Positions 12,771-26,609 are shown, counted from the stretch's first letter. The stretch: 64,000 nt of DNA from Octopus sinensis (GCF_006345805.1 NW_021833292.1:1-64000); one strand, 5' to 3'. Translations and numbers: made by a program. The notes: generated from the sequence alone by a model not told the origin.

Positions 12771-14889
12771 AAAAACCTATATATGAAACATGTAATAAAT
12801 CTTACTGATTATGATATGTACATACAAATACTTACAAATTAAGATGTCTAATGACATGTGTGAGTGTGCAGATGTAGGTGTGATCGTATGTATGTATGTG
12901 TGTAGATGTGAGTGTTTATGTGTACATGCGTGAAACACGTTCTACATATATGTAACAAGAGGAAACCAGGGAATTTCTTCATTCGATAAATTTTCATAAT
13001 TTTATTTTGAGGCATAAATTAATATATCTTCATAACATTGTGACACTATTTTCAATATTTTTATGATAATGAGCTAGACAACGGATCGAGGTTATTAAGA
13101 GATCAAGATATGAATAATTTATTACATTAATAACAATATAGCGAATATTAAGCATTGCAATTTATCGTTATATTTTCATCTGTTTCTTAACACATTAACT
13201 ACTCCCTCTCTAATATAATTCTCTCTTCTTCTTCCTTGCAGCCTTACTCTCTACCTGTTTGACTGCAATACACATGAATAAAATCAAGGTCAGGACCATA
13301 TTATTTTCCCTGCAGAGCTTAACATTCGAACTCATGTTATAATCTGTTCTAGCATTCATTTCCGAATATTTGATAATCATGCTTTTTCGTCGAACACAGT
13401 TACTGTCTATATGTTTGTATTTTCCCGTCTTTTTCATACGTTAATATCCTCCAAGGTTTTAAGTATTAAAGACATTGCATTGTACCTTCTATTTCCTCAG
13501 TCACAATGACTGGGGTTCCTTGGTGGAGTGGTACTAAGGATTAAATGTACCGAAACAATATTGATTATAGATCCCATAGGCGACGAGAGGTCTTCAATAT
13601 ACGTTTGTGCTCTTTCGTTAACAGTTTTATGCTGTCTCACATTTGCTCATAAAATCACAGATACGTATACTTATATAAGAGTAATAATAATAAGAAATCT
13701 TACACTATAAGAAATGTTGTTACTAAACTAAGCACAAATACAGATAAAAAAATTATGAGCGCTAAACTTAAAGTTACTAATACTTAAGACAAATATCTAA
13801 GAGCTAACAACACTTAAAGCACACATCTCATAAAAACTATAGTTGCAGAGAGAAAAGTTTGTTTAACTTAAATGTGTTAATCACATGATTATTAAGCCAC
13901 AACTGGTAGAGATTTAAATGCGAGAACTTAACGTTTCTCAACAAGATTTATTCATGTTTAATTCAACTACTAATTGTTTTCTTTTAGGCATAAGGTAAAT
14001 AAACATTTCGAATTGTCTTTTTCTTTTTTCAGATCCTTATTTCTTGCAAGTAGTCTCATTTTGTTTTGTAACGTATTTTATATCAATTTTTGACCAATGG
14101 CCATTATCATGTAAACTTTTGAGAAACAAAATTAAATAAAATAAATCAGAGTAAAAAGAAGAAAAAAAAAACGAATTGAAAAAGCCTGGAAAAATGAACA
14201 TAAATAATTCATTACAAAATTCAAACGACGAGTCTTGTTATAAAAGAGAAGTTGAGATAAGAGAAGGAAAAAAGATAAAAAATAAAGTTGAACGATTACC
14301 ATACTCATAAACAGACTGCCATGTACATATTTAAGTATACGCACACATGCGCTCACATACAAACAACATAAAGTAATACATACACATGCATATACAGGTT
14401 ATAGACGAAAATCACAAATAAATATACGAAAAAAAAATCTCGAAAGAAAATCTAAACAACAACAATATCAACAGCAACAACATATTCGACAACGAGAAAA
14501 AAAGAAAAGAAAAAAAGAAAAAACAAATTCAAAACACAAACAAAATAAGCGTAAAAATAATAATACATGAACGAAAAGCAGACAAATGTTTTATATAATT
14601 TATCAAGTTAGTTATGTGGTGCTAACGTATTTCTAATTGGAAATATCTTGCGGGAACGAAGTTGAAAAATCAATTATAAAACGGTTGAAGAAATAAATAA
14701 ATAAATAAATAAATAAAAATAAAGCAAAGTAAAAATAGAGTAAAATAAAAATAAATTGAAATAATGAACATAAATACAAAATAAAATAAGGCATCACAAA
14801 GAAAATAAATATCAATAAATAACTAAACATAATGGTAAAGGAAGGAAAAAGCAAAATATTTTTATTTCCTCTGAGATTTCATCAATTTT

Positions 14890-15091
14890 AATTGCTTAAT
14901 CGTTTGCTATTTAACAATACATACATACATACATACATACATACACTTGGACGTACGTATATATATATATATATGTACATATATATACACATATATACAT
15001 GCATACACAGGCATACGTATACACACACACCACACACACATATATATATATACATGCGTATGTATGCATATATGTATGTGTATATATATAC

Positions 15092-15122
<31 letters not shown>

Positions 15123-15370
15123 CTGTATATAAACAAATGTATATCACATATATGTATGTATGCTTGTATGTACACACACAGACAGACAGACACACACACA
15201 CGTATGCATAATGTGTACGCATATCTATATACACGTGCCTATATATACGCGTGTGTGCGCAGTATGTTTTAGTGTATGCGAATTCCTATATATTTGTGTG
15301 TATAGTAAATGTGTAAATATGTGGGTGTATGTTTGTGTGTGTGTATATATATATATATACATACACGCAC
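14890..15370. repeat. (TA)/(CA)/(TACA) microsatellite block
   Basis: Directly visible. Confidence 0.9.
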
Positions 15371-15734
15371 ATGTTCGTATATAAATACACACACGCAGTC
15401 ACATACATATAGATACAACTTGGCGAATGATATAAAACAACAAGAAATAATTTAACACGTGCTGACGTTCAGTAATGTGTTGTGATTTTTTTTTTATATT
15501 TAAGCTACAATTTTGGATGATATTAATAATTATGCTTTCTGATTGAGACACAAAACCTGCAAATCTGAAGGAAAGGTGCTGAGGCGGTTCCAGCGAACCC
15601 AGCGGTTCAGTGTTATATATAGGTCCTGAAAGCTTATAGATCCTGAAAGACGAGAAATAAAGCTGAGTCCGGCATGATTTAGAGTAGATATTTTATAGGA
15701 GGGCAATGGATTCTAACAACTGGAATAACTATAT

Positions 15735-16080
15735 CTTACCTTCTGTTTTTAATTGTTTCAGTCATAAAACTAGTTCTGCTGGAAACACCACTTTGCAGAA
15801 ATTCAGTCGAACGAATCGATCCTAATGCTTATATTTTTAAGCATGGTATTATTCTATCGGAATTCTTTTACCAAACCGTGACGTTACAAGGATGCAAACA
15901 CACCAACACATCACACACACGACGGCCTTCTCTTCATTTTACATCTACCTAATCAACCAACACTGCTTTGGTCGGCTCGAGGCAATTGGTCTATTGTCGA
16001 AGACACTAAGTCAGACAGTGGGATTGAAACCAGTACTACGTGGTTTGTAAGTAAACTACTCAATCACACAGCCATGCTTC
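15735..16080 (-). mobile_element. Degenerate SINE family A
   Basis: Collinear but diverged matches to the family A consensus. Confidence 0.6.
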
Positions 16081-16688
16081 TTCTAAACATATATGATATT
16101 GTTTCGCTTTTATGGTGCCCTAAGAAGAGTTATCATCAGACATTCCGGTCATGGCCATCCAATTTTATCAGAAGAATCTCAGCTGGACAGCATTGTATAG
16201 TAAATGTAATTTTATGAAAATTTTACTTGCTATTGCTAGCAGATGGGCCGACCATTTAGAAACGTCCAGTAAAGTGAACTGATCTATTTAAGCAAACCTA
16301 TGACGAGGTGTGTCCATTTGGTGCTTTTAAATCAATTTTTCCTTTTCCTAGTACTAGTACGAAGCATGAAAATTGATGCAGAGACGTGTCGGTATCATCA
16401 TTTCTAGCAGATGACTAGTAGTTTATTGTACAGATTCCAGAAAGATGGAAGTCAAAGTTGGCTTTTTGGGTGACATTTCTCGATGGAAATTTGGCTGCTG
16501 TTTTAGCAGATCGAGAAACCACACAGAAGCCCTCTCTTTTGTTTGTTCTTTTCGTTCCTCTACATTACCTGCCCCAATATCATTACAAACTCCTTAAAAT
16601 TTGTCCGCAAATGTAGATTAAAGTAAGAAAAATAGGAACTACAATTGCGACAAAAATTGGGAGTTAGTCATTCAAATATATATGTGAA

Positions 16689-17052
16689 CTAGCAGTATCG
16701 CCCGGCGTTGCTCGGGTTTGTAAGGGAAATAACTATATAAGCACTTTTAGAGAGTTATAGCCAAAAAATAGCAAAAAGATGCATTAAAAATGGAAAAAAA
16801 ATTATGGTAATTTTTTTTTAAATCGTTGACTCATCGTAGACATTTTTAGAGAATTACTTCCCTTATATAATAGCGAATTACTTCCCTTATATAATAGACT
16901 CATCGTAGACGCGCGCTAATACCCAGAAGGGCTCGATATGAATCACGACTTAAGATACCCGGTTTTGGTTAAACTGCACCGCAAAATGTGGGAGTAGTTA
17001 GGAATCTAAATCGTAGGAGACAGACACACAACTTCACTTTTATATATAAAGA
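16689..17052 (-). mobile_element. Non-autonomous Helitron (same family as 936-1334)
   Basis: 5' TC...TATATAAAAGTGAAG, 3' hairpin plus CTAG, A^T target. Confidence 0.85.
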
Positions 17053-17818
17053 TTTCCATTTTTTATTTGTTTCGTCTGTATGAAAGAGCTGTTCTGAGAA
17101 GCGTCGAAACGCTCTTCAAACTAGAATATAGGCAATTGAGGTTCTGTTGCTTGCAATGGAGTAAACTTCGTTAAATGAAACCGGGTGATGATATTAAATC
17201 ACAGATGGGCTGAGTTTATCACACACAGAAGCCATAACGAGATTTGAATTCATAACTCAAACATTCTGTACGATTACCGGTCTGGTGTTCATAGAGTTTT
17301 TGTGCATTCCACCTCATTGGATCGGAACTTTCCATTGACCCTGAAAAAGATGAAAGACAAATTTGAGATCGGTAAAATTTGAGCTCAGAGAGCTGAGAGA
17401 CGGGACAAACGCTGTGAAGATCTAACAAATCTGGCAATTTGCCACTTTTTGATCATAGGTCAAATTGATGAAGATCGATCTGGGATGAAGCAGTGAAAAC
17501 AACGACGACACCAACAATAACAACAACCACAACGACAACAATAACAATAACAGCAACCACATTTTCAAGCTAATTAGGGATTTCCACGTTGTCGCTCCAC
17601 ATGCTAGAAATAACAGCTGGAGCTTCTAGATTAAATTATAAATTTCTGTCCTGAAATGAAGGCAATTTTTTTTTTCTGAGCAGTAAAAATGTGTTGTTCG
17701 ATGGAAATAATATTGTTCTATATTTGAGAGAGGAGGAATCCTGTACATTATTTACATTATTTACATTATTTACATTATTTACATTTGACGGGTATTTATC
17801 CTCATCTTATTTGTTGTT

Positions 17819-17864
17819 AACACAACGTTTCGGCTGATATACCCTGCAGCCTTCATCAAGTGTC
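17819..17864 (-). ncRNA. Minimal type I hammerhead-like motif (C3>U)
   Basis: GACAC-TTGATGA-A-GGCTG...CAGCC-GAAAC-GTT^GTGTT; palindromic ACGT helix III. Confidence 0.6.
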
Positions 17865-17913
17865 TTGGGGAAATTTCGAACCTGGGTTCTCATTGCTAAG
17901 GTATTTTTCGATG

Positions 17914-17922
17914 TTATTATTA

Positions 17923-18003
<81 letters not shown>
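17914..18003. repeat. (ATT)n microsatellite
   Basis: Directly visible. Confidence 0.95.
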
Positions 18004-18005
<2 letters not shown>

Positions 18006-18233
18006 AAGAAGAGCGCCATTGTTATCTAGTGAACGATATTTCGGCATCTTGTTTGTCTTCAAGTGGTTCAAAAAATCTACTTCATTTTGGTTAATATAGA
18101 AAGGATTGAGGTAACCCCTCCTGAATATATAGAGTCAAAATTTAAAGAAGAGTGCCATAGTGAACGATTATTATTATTATAATTCATATTATTCATATTA
18201 CTAATATTATTATTATTAGGAATATGTTCCCAA

Positions 18234-18279
18234 GACACCTGATGAAGGTTGGAGGGTATATCAGCCGAAAAGTTGTGTT
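18234..18279 (+). ncRNA. Minimal type I hammerhead-like motif (C15.2>A)
   Basis: GACAC-CTGATGA-A-GGTTG...CAGCC-GAAA-A-GTT^GTGTT; inverted homolog of 17819-17864. Confidence 0.6.
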
Positions 18280-18541
18280 GGCAACAAACGAGATGAGGAC
18301 AACTATCCGTCAAATGTAAATAATGTAAATAATGGAAATAATACTGTTATATCTCCCAGATCAAACAAGAACATTCAAGAACCTTCCTCAGATTGGACGA
18401 ACTTATTTACTCCATAATCTACTAGATCATAGAGGTGACGTATCCATGGAGAATCCGTTTCTTAAAGACGAATAATTTGAACTCAATGCACCGAGAGTTA
18501 ATATCTTACTTAATCAGTGAGCTTTACTTCCGAGTCCTCAC

Positions 18542-18624
18542 CATGTTTATGACAAAAGTAATTGAGATCCGGTGAGAAATTTCTAGCTTTCAATACCAAC
18601 ATTGTATACATATTTATCAGTCTG
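18542..18624 (-). CDS. Candidate internal exon (unknown protein)
   Basis: ctttctactttttatag|C...ACATG|gtgagg. One open frame, RLINMYTMLVLKARNFSPDLNYFCHKH. Confidence 0.2.
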
Positions 18625-18929
18625 CTATAAAAAGTAGAAAGTCATCATAATAGAAGACAGATAGGTTAATTTACACTGGTAAGTTCCAACGTCTTCTTTA
18701 AGTACACGGATAAAGAAAAAGAAAAGGAAAAACTCAGGTAAATATTCGATGCCTTCTAGTCAACATGATTTAATCTACAATACAAAAATGTCGGAAAGAT
18801 TTCGTGTAATAATGTCTAGTATAATATGACATGTTTAATCAACTTAATAATAAAGCTCATCAAATGTATATGTACATACGCCTCACCGCACGCAAACACT
18901 CATGCACTAAATGTGTAAACACACACCAT

Positions 18930-18970
18930 GTATATGTGGATGTATGTATATATGTGTATGTGTGTGTGTT

Positions 18971-19009
<39 letters not shown>

Positions 19010-19158
19010 ATGCATATATATTTACATCCGCATATCTATGTATATAATGTTGACTATAAATATGTACATGCGTATGTGTGGTCATATACATAATTCACAT
19101 ACATATACATAAAAACATACATGCATACATACATATATATACATATATATACATACAT

Positions 19159-19213
<55 letters not shown>

Positions 19214-19215
19214 CA

Positions 19216-19246
<31 letters not shown>

Positions 19247-19509
19247 ATATAAATATATATATATATATACATATATATACATATATATATATATACGTAC
19301 ATGCATATATCTCAATATAGAGACACAAATACGAACATAAATATATATATGTATATTATGTATATATACATACATAAATATATATAATATATATATATAT
19401 AGATATATATATATACGTACATGCATATATCTCAATATAGAGACACAAATACGAACATAAATATATATATGTATATTATGTATATATATACATACATAAA
19501 TATATATAA

Positions 19510-19545
<36 letters not shown>

Positions 19546-19560
19546 CATTCATACATATAC
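18930..19560. repeat. (TG)/(TA) microsatellite block containing a 120-bp tandem duplication (19291-19530)
   Basis: ATATACGTACATGCATATATCTCAATATAGAGACACAAATACGAAC occurs at 19291 and 19411. Confidence 0.9.
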
Positions 19561-19731
19561 GTGTGATCATCTACATGGTGTGTATGCTCACACACGATTA
19601 GAAATGAAGATTTCTCATTCACATTAGAAATAAAATAACATTTTCACGACTCTCATCAGTTCCTAGCTATTTTCATTATTCTTTTACCTTTTTCGTTTTA
19701 TATGTTGTTTGTTTTTCTATCCCTCACACTC

Positions 19732-19786
<55 letters not shown>

Positions 19787-21184
19787 TCCATTATCTTTAT
19801 ATCTCTCTTGTTAATCACATTCATTCATGTGGACGGTATTCCATGCCAGATCTCTCTGTTGAACTCATACAATTAACAAAAGATTCCAAATCGCGTTCTT
19901 ATGAATAAAGAAAAGCATTGAACAAATAAACCAGCAATTGACACAACCGGATCGAAATTAACACACAACAGAATTACAGTTAGTAATGGCACCTATTATG
20001 CTAAAACCTCTTCGCTTTTCACCTAATGGACAGCAAAATTAAGTTCAAATTAAATCTGTCAGTGTCTAATAGTGAACTAAAAGTTCACGTCATCTTCGAA
20101 TTTATCAAGAACATTCTAGGTTAAACTGCTTCCACTGTTGAGTTACTGAGTTTTATATATTTCTTTATCTTGTTGTCCTACTCGCTTTATTGGTGTTTTT
20201 GTTTGATGTTCTTCTTGTTTAACCTGATGTAAATTTCTATGATAGCTCTATGGTATTCTATTGTTGCTTTTAACAAACAATTATTTCTTTCGTTATAATC
20301 ATTTTGTTAAGTACTAAATAATGTGTAGCAAATGATGAAATGAGGCTTTTAAAAATATTTGTTATCTGTACGGTGTAGCGTAATGGTAACACACATTGGT
20401 TGACAGTCAAATGAAGTTGGATAGACTTACAACAAATCACTCAGGTGATTGATATTGTTTTAGTGTTTTAATTATATATATAGTAACGTTCTTGCTGTTT
20501 CCTAACAGAACCGCTAGCAAATCAGTATATCATTTGTATGGTATTCTATTATTGCTCTTAACAAAGAAACTATAAGTGCAGTCGCCCGAGTTGTTAAGTA
20601 ATTTACGTCACAACTTCATAGTTTCGGATTTGCCTGCACACCCACCTCTGCGGCAGCACGCTGAACGAATGTGTTTTTTTTCTTTTTTCTTTAATCCCAA
20701 ACTCGAGTCAACTAAAGGCTTGTGAGTGATATTTGCTACAGAGAAAACTTTATATAGAATCCAGTCGGAAATACATTTTCTGTTCTTGACTTAGTGTTTA
20801 ATCTGTCGCCCCAATTAAAACCATTACTATTTACTGGAAGACTGTAATGGTATCAAATTTGTTGGAAGCATTCGAAACACGTCTTTTCAACATTTAGTTT
20901 TCGATGTACAAAATATACCCTAACTGATACCCTTTCTCCCCTAAGCCATCCAAATGAAAATTATTAATATTACCAATTATTAATATTAAGGTAAGGACAG
21001 AAACGTTAACTCGTCGTAAAAAACGCTTAACCGCAATTTTTCCGGCACTTTCCATTCTGAGTTCGAGTCATGTCGAGATTAACTTTGCATTTTCATAAAT
21101 TTGATTTCGATACAGTAACGTACCAGAAAATTACTGGGATTGATGGGATTAACCCTTTCCTTTACAATTGCTGGCCTCGTACCT

Positions 21185-21378
21185 AAGCCGGGCAAAATGC
21201 TTTGCGTTATTTCGTCCGTCATTACGTTCTGAGTTCAAATTCAGCCGTGGCCGACTTTACCTTTCATCCTTTTTTGAGTCAATAAAATAAGTAATCGTTG
21301 AGTACTGGGGTGAATGTAATTGACTAGTCCTCACCCTCGATATTGCTAGCCTTGTGCCAAAATGTGAAACTATTATTT
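21185..21378 (+). mobile_element. SINE family B (diverged)
   Basis: GAGTTCAAATTC B box plus the conserved domain. Confidence 0.7.
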
Positions 21379-21442
21379 TTCTTTTTATCTTTTAACGTAG
21401 GTGCATGGTATGTGCAGTCTACGGTCACATGCGCTCTTGTTT

Positions 21443-21903
21443 TCAACAGAAAACAGAGTCATTGATGATTCTGTATGTGACAAGAAAGCAAACTTTTTGC
21501 AACACCTCTACTGAGCACTATTTTCCCGTTTTCTTTATATCTCACTTGATGACTTCTGATACTGGCCCCAAGGATCCAACAATAATTGGCACGATCAGTT
21601 TCCACAGTCGTGCTAACTTGTTTCTAAAGGGATTGTATATGTCTAATTTTTGGACTTCCTCCTTCGCTATTTGTGGGTCAAAGCGACAGAAAATTTCAAT
21701 TATACAGCACATGTGGTTCACCTTGTCTACAGTCACCAGGTCCGACTTGTGATGCTTAAGTACCTGGTCTGTCTGGATACGGAAATCCTACAGGATTCTC
21801 AGGTCTCCAACTCCACCACTCTCTGTGGGTTGTGCTCACACCACGTCTTGCATCTCTCTAACCCCAAATTTTCCCATAGTTTCCAAGGCAACACGTGCAG
21901 TAC
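21443..21903 (-). pseudogene. R4/Dong-clade-like non-LTR retrotransposon, restriction-like endonuclease (RLE) fragment
   Basis: Translates (one frameshift, stops) to LPWKLWENLGLERCKTWCEHNPQRVVE / LRIL*DFRIQTDQVLKHHKSDLVTVDK...IIEIFCRFD...KLARLWKLIVPIIVGSLG...LQKVCFL, the characteristic RLE C-terminus. Confidence 0.85.
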
Positions 21904-21921
21904 CTCACCGTGTCACTACGC

Positions 21922-22138
21922 GTTCTGGAAGAATCGTCAGGACGGCGGACAAAATGCTTAGTGGAATTTCCTCCGCCATCAGCTCTGAGTGCAAATGCTG
22001 CCGAAGTCAACATTACTTTTCATCCTTTCAGTTTCGATTAAATAAGCATTTGTTGAGCACGGGGGTCGATGCAATCGACTTATTAACTCCTCCCAAATTT
22101 CAGGCCTTCTGCTTTAGTAGAAAAGATTATTATTATTG
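21922..22138 (+). mobile_element. SINE family B (diverged), abutting the RLE fragment
   Basis: Conserved domain plus ATT tail. Confidence 0.65.
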
Positions 22139-22544
22139 AAAAGAAAAAGAAAAAAAAGAAAGAAAAGTGGTGGGCTGGCAGAATTATCATTAACACTCAA
22201 AACAAATCTAAGAGCTTACGCTTAAAGACCAGATCTCATTAAAATCATGGTTGCAGAGATCCCTCTGGAATCGATAAAATACAATACCAATCAAGTAGTG
22301 CGCTCAATTAAATCGACTAAACTCGCTCTCCTAAATTTTTAGCTTTTTGCCTATATTAGAAATAATAATTATTATTGCAAGGAATTTTCAGAATCGTAGT
22401 ATCGAGCAAAATACAATGTATTGGTTCAATATATTGTATTGAACTAATACAACTTAACCTTTCATCCTTTTAGGGTCGATGTAGCAGTCGAGCGTTTGAA
22501 TAGTTAACCTTGTGCCTAAATCAGAAATCGTTAAGAAAAGTTGT

Positions 22545-22690
22545 AAGGCGATGAGATGGCAGACTCGCTAGCATACCGGATAAAATGCCTAGAGGCATTT
22601 TCCTCCTATCTCAACGTAGCGAGTTCAAATTACACCAAAGTCGACTTTGTTTTTCATTCTTTCGACGTCAATAAAAATAAAGTACCAGTC
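22545..22690 (+). mobile_element. SINE family B (3'-truncated)
   Basis: AAGGCGATGAGATGGCAG head, GAGTTCAAATT B box. Confidence 0.7.
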
Positions 22691-22721
22691 AAGTGAAATT
22701 AAGAATAAAGTAACAGTCAAC

Positions 22722-23058
22722 TGTGAAGGCACATGACTCAGTGGTAAGAGCGTCGAGCCTACGATCATGAGGTTGTGAGTTCGAATCCTGAACCGGGCTG
22801 CGTGTTGTGTTCTTGAGGAAGACACCTTAATTCACGTTGCTCCAGTTCACTCAGCTGTAGAAATGAGTTGCGACGTCAATGGTACCAAGCTGTATCGGCC
22901 CCTTTGCCTTTCCCTTGGATAACACTGGTGGCGTGAAGAGGGGAGGCTGGTATGCATGGGCGACTACTGGTCTTCCATAAACAACCTTGCCCGGACTTGT
23001 GCCTGGGAGAGTAACTTTCTAGGTGAAATCCCACGGTCAGTCATGACCGAAGGATGTC
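22722..23058 (+). mobile_element. SINE family C
   Basis: A box TGACTCAGTGG, B box GAGTTCGAATCC; homologous to 8301-8660. Confidence 0.85.
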
Positions 23059-23309
23059 TCAGCAACCAGTGAATTACTTGAACCGGTGTAATCGTCTTAC
23101 ATTCTCCTTTTAAATTAATGACTTTGTGCCAAAATATGAAAGACGTATTGAAAAAAGTGTTTTATATTCATTTCTCTCCATTGTTCCTTGTACAAATCTC
23201 AGCGGATTTGATATCTCGGTTCCATAACATCCAACGTTGATTTACACTCAATAATTTCCTCGTCTTTAATAATTGGAAGTGCAAGGGAAAATAGTCTACA
23301 ACCCGGCTA

Positions 23310-24235
23310 CAATCATGATAATGATGATGATGATGATGAGGATGATGATGACCAACATCATCATTTTCACTGTCGTCATCATCGTCATCGCTGTTGCCAT
23401 CATCAATCATCGTCATCATGATTATCATCATCGTGATCGTCGTCATCATCATCACACGCACCTTTATCTATGGCACATACTAAAATTACGGTGATCATCA
23501 CACTTGGAGCATTACCATCATTAACACCTCTACTACTACTGCTGCTACTAGTAGTAGTAGCAGTAATAGTAGTAGTGGTGGTGGTGCTGGTGGTGGTTGT
23601 GGTAGTGGTTTTGATGGTAGTTTTCATGGTGGTGGTGGTAGTGACGACGGTGGTGGTAGTGGTAGAAGTGGTGGTGGTGGTGGTGGTAGTTTTGATGCTG
23701 GTGGTGCTTTTGATGGCGGAGGTAGAGGTGGTGATCCTGCTACTACTACTACTAGAACTACTACTACTACTACTATTACTACTAATATTACTAGTAGTAG
23801 CATCAAAACTACCACCACCGTCACTTCCACAACCGCCGCCATCACCACCACAACCATGAAAGCTACCATCAAAACCACCACCACCGCCACCACTACCACA
23901 ACCACCATCAGGACCACCACCATGAAAACTACCAACACAACCACCACTGCCACCGCAACTACCACCACCACCACCTCTACTACTACTACTACTATCATCA
24001 ATGTCATCACCATTGTTAGTAACAACGTTGAAAAAACCGTGTCGTCTACTACATTGCCAAAACCTGTTACAACTGCATCCACCACAAGCTCGTGGATCAA
24101 CACACCACCACAACCACCACCACCCCTACCACTACCGCCACCACCCCTACCACTACCACCGCCGCCACCACCACCACGACGACGACCACCACCACCACCA
24201 CCACCACCACTCCCACCACCACTACGACTACTACG

Positions 24236-24273
<38 letters not shown>

Positions 24274-24520
24274 AAGTCATTAATGCTAAAACAGGTTGTA
24301 CCATTACGGTAAGCACCAAAGCAACGAGTGCATGCGCGCACGCACAGACACACACCCCAACATGACCTCCAGTTTTAGTAATCCTACACCTCTGACACTA
24401 TCCCCAATACCACCATGTTTCCCGATACCAACACGACCACGGTTGTCAAGACTAGCGCCAAAACAACAGTCGTCTTACACCGTCGCCAACACTAACAAAA
24501 TGGTAGAACACCACCACCAG

Positions 24521-24551
<31 letters not shown>

Positions 24552-25110
24552 GTTACCACCGACACCGTCACCACCAGTACAGCCACCACTACTACTACTA
24601 CTACCATCACCACCACCATCCACTATGAATACGCTTATTATTACTCCTACCACGACCACCATCAACACTACTACCACGACTACGTCCACCACTACCACGA
24701 CCACCACTACCACCACGACTACTACTACTACTACTAGTACTACAACCACTACAACAACAACAACAACAACAACAACAACTACTACTACTAACTACTACTA
24801 CTACTACTACTACTACTATACTACTACTACTATTACCACCACACGAACAGCACCACCACGAACAACGCTATCTCATCCACCATCACCACCACCACCAGCA
24901 CTGTCCCCTCCCAGTACCACCACCGAAAACGCTATCTTCTCCACCACTTCCACCGCCAATACCACCAAGAGCACCAACTCTACCGCCAAAAAAAACACCA
25001 CTACCGACACAAACTAAAAGTCGCTACCACTACCACCACCACCACCACCACTACCACTACCACCACCACCAACACCGTCGCCGCCGCCAACACCTCCACT
25101 ACTATTGTTA
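23310..25110. repeat. Compound trinucleotide region (GAT, CAT, CTA, GGT/ACC, CAA)
   Basis: Directly visible; gives poly-T/P/V/H/Y ORFs in all frames. Confidence 0.9.
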
Positions 25111-25437
25111 CTAGTAGCAATTCTATCAACGAGAGGGTGTCAGGTGTTATGCTGGTCAAGCTGATCTAGGGGGAATGGAATGTGAACCTGATCTAAAAAC
25201 AAATGAACTTAACTGTCATTCCCTACCCACTACCCCCTAGCACCTATATATACCGGACATCGCTAATTATATAGTCTGTCAAGGAGACTTGACCGTTTCA
25301 GCTATTGCTCTACCTAGCGCCTATCAATGTTTGTATATGTGTGTGAGTGCTTGTGGATCTCTATAAATATATATATATATAATGTATGTGTATGTGTGTG
25401 TGTGTACATATATATATATTATATATATATATATATC

Positions 25438-25817
25438 TTTTACTCTTTTACTTGTTTCAGTCATTTGACTGCGGCCATGCTGGAACACCGCCTTTAATCG
25501 AGCAACTCGACCCCGGGACTTATTCTTTTGTAAGCCCAGTACTTATTCTATCCGCCTCTTTTGCCGAACCGCTAGCTAACGGGGACATGAACAAACCAGC
25601 ATCGGTTGTCAAGCAATGCTAGGGGGACAAACACACACACGCATATATATACATATATACGATGGGCTTCTTTCAGTTTCCGTCTACCAAATCCACTCAC
25701 AAGGCTTTGGTCGGCCCGAGGCTATAGTAGAAGACACTTGCCCAAGGTGCCACGCAGTGGGACTGAACTCGGAACCATGTGGTTGGTAAGCAAGCTACTT
25801 ACCACACAGCCACTCCT
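25438..25817 (-). mobile_element. SINE family A, full length
   Basis: Complete match to the family A consensus. Confidence 0.85.
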
Positions 25818-25825
25818 ATATATAT

Positions 25826-26045
25826 AAATTATAAATTAGGGTATCTACGAGATACCACCATGCTGAAAATAGCAGCCATGATCAGGCTCTAAAGCCACCT
25901 TAATTTTCCATATACCGACACGGAGAGAAAACGAAGAGACAAGATGAAACTAGTAAAAAATTACTGGATAATTCTAGATCCCGGATTTCTGGGTTTCAGA
26001 AATTTCAGCATAGTGGTATCTCGTAGATACCCTAATTTATAATTT
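25826..26045. mobile_element. 220-bp element with 45-bp terminal inverted repeats (MITE-like)
   Basis: AAATTATAAATTAGGGTATCTACGAGATACCACCATGCTGAAAAT (25826-25870) is inverted at 26001-26045 with 2 mismatches. Confidence 0.55.
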
Positions 26046-26143
26046 TGATAATTACTACCTTTCAAGGCTTTTTTTTCCACGCTGGCCTCTTGATAAAATC
26101 GTTATTTTATTTTAAATTAACGACCTCATCCTTATTTATATAA

Positions 26144-26179
<36 letters not shown>

Positions 26180-26403
26180 TGCCATACTAATACATCCACC
26201 AACTAATACATACTAATACATACTAATACATACACCAACCCTATACATACACACGTCCAGACCTCTCATACGCACTAATACTCTCTCATACACACACACA
26301 CACACACACACCCTTATGTTGGAGTAGGTCATTCAACCCTATTATCTCCCCTAATTTCGCTCTCGCGTCTCATGTTTGATCTTGACTTCTGGCCGAAATC
26401 AGA

Positions 26404-26609
26404 TCGCCATGTTGATTCGTTAGTTACTGCACGCATTTTTTTCTCTCCTTCTTTCTTTGTTTTTTTCTCTGTGTATCTTTCTGTTGAAGAGCGTAGGCTC
26501 GAAACGTTAAAGACTTGTTTTATTTATATTCCTGAGCGCCATACTATATACAATTGTTTGTTTGTTTTCCACCTGCCTTCGTCTTTTGTCTATTTTCATA
26601 AGCTTCCCG

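Noticed and set aside
13210-13437. Signal-peptide-like minus ORF (MVLTLILFMCIAVKQVES)
   Set aside because: Short, with no supporting downstream exon or promoter evidence; compatible with chance.
23403-25017. Mucin-, proline- and glycine-rich ORFs
   Set aside because: Open in several frames on both strands because of trinucleotide repeats; no splice or domain support.
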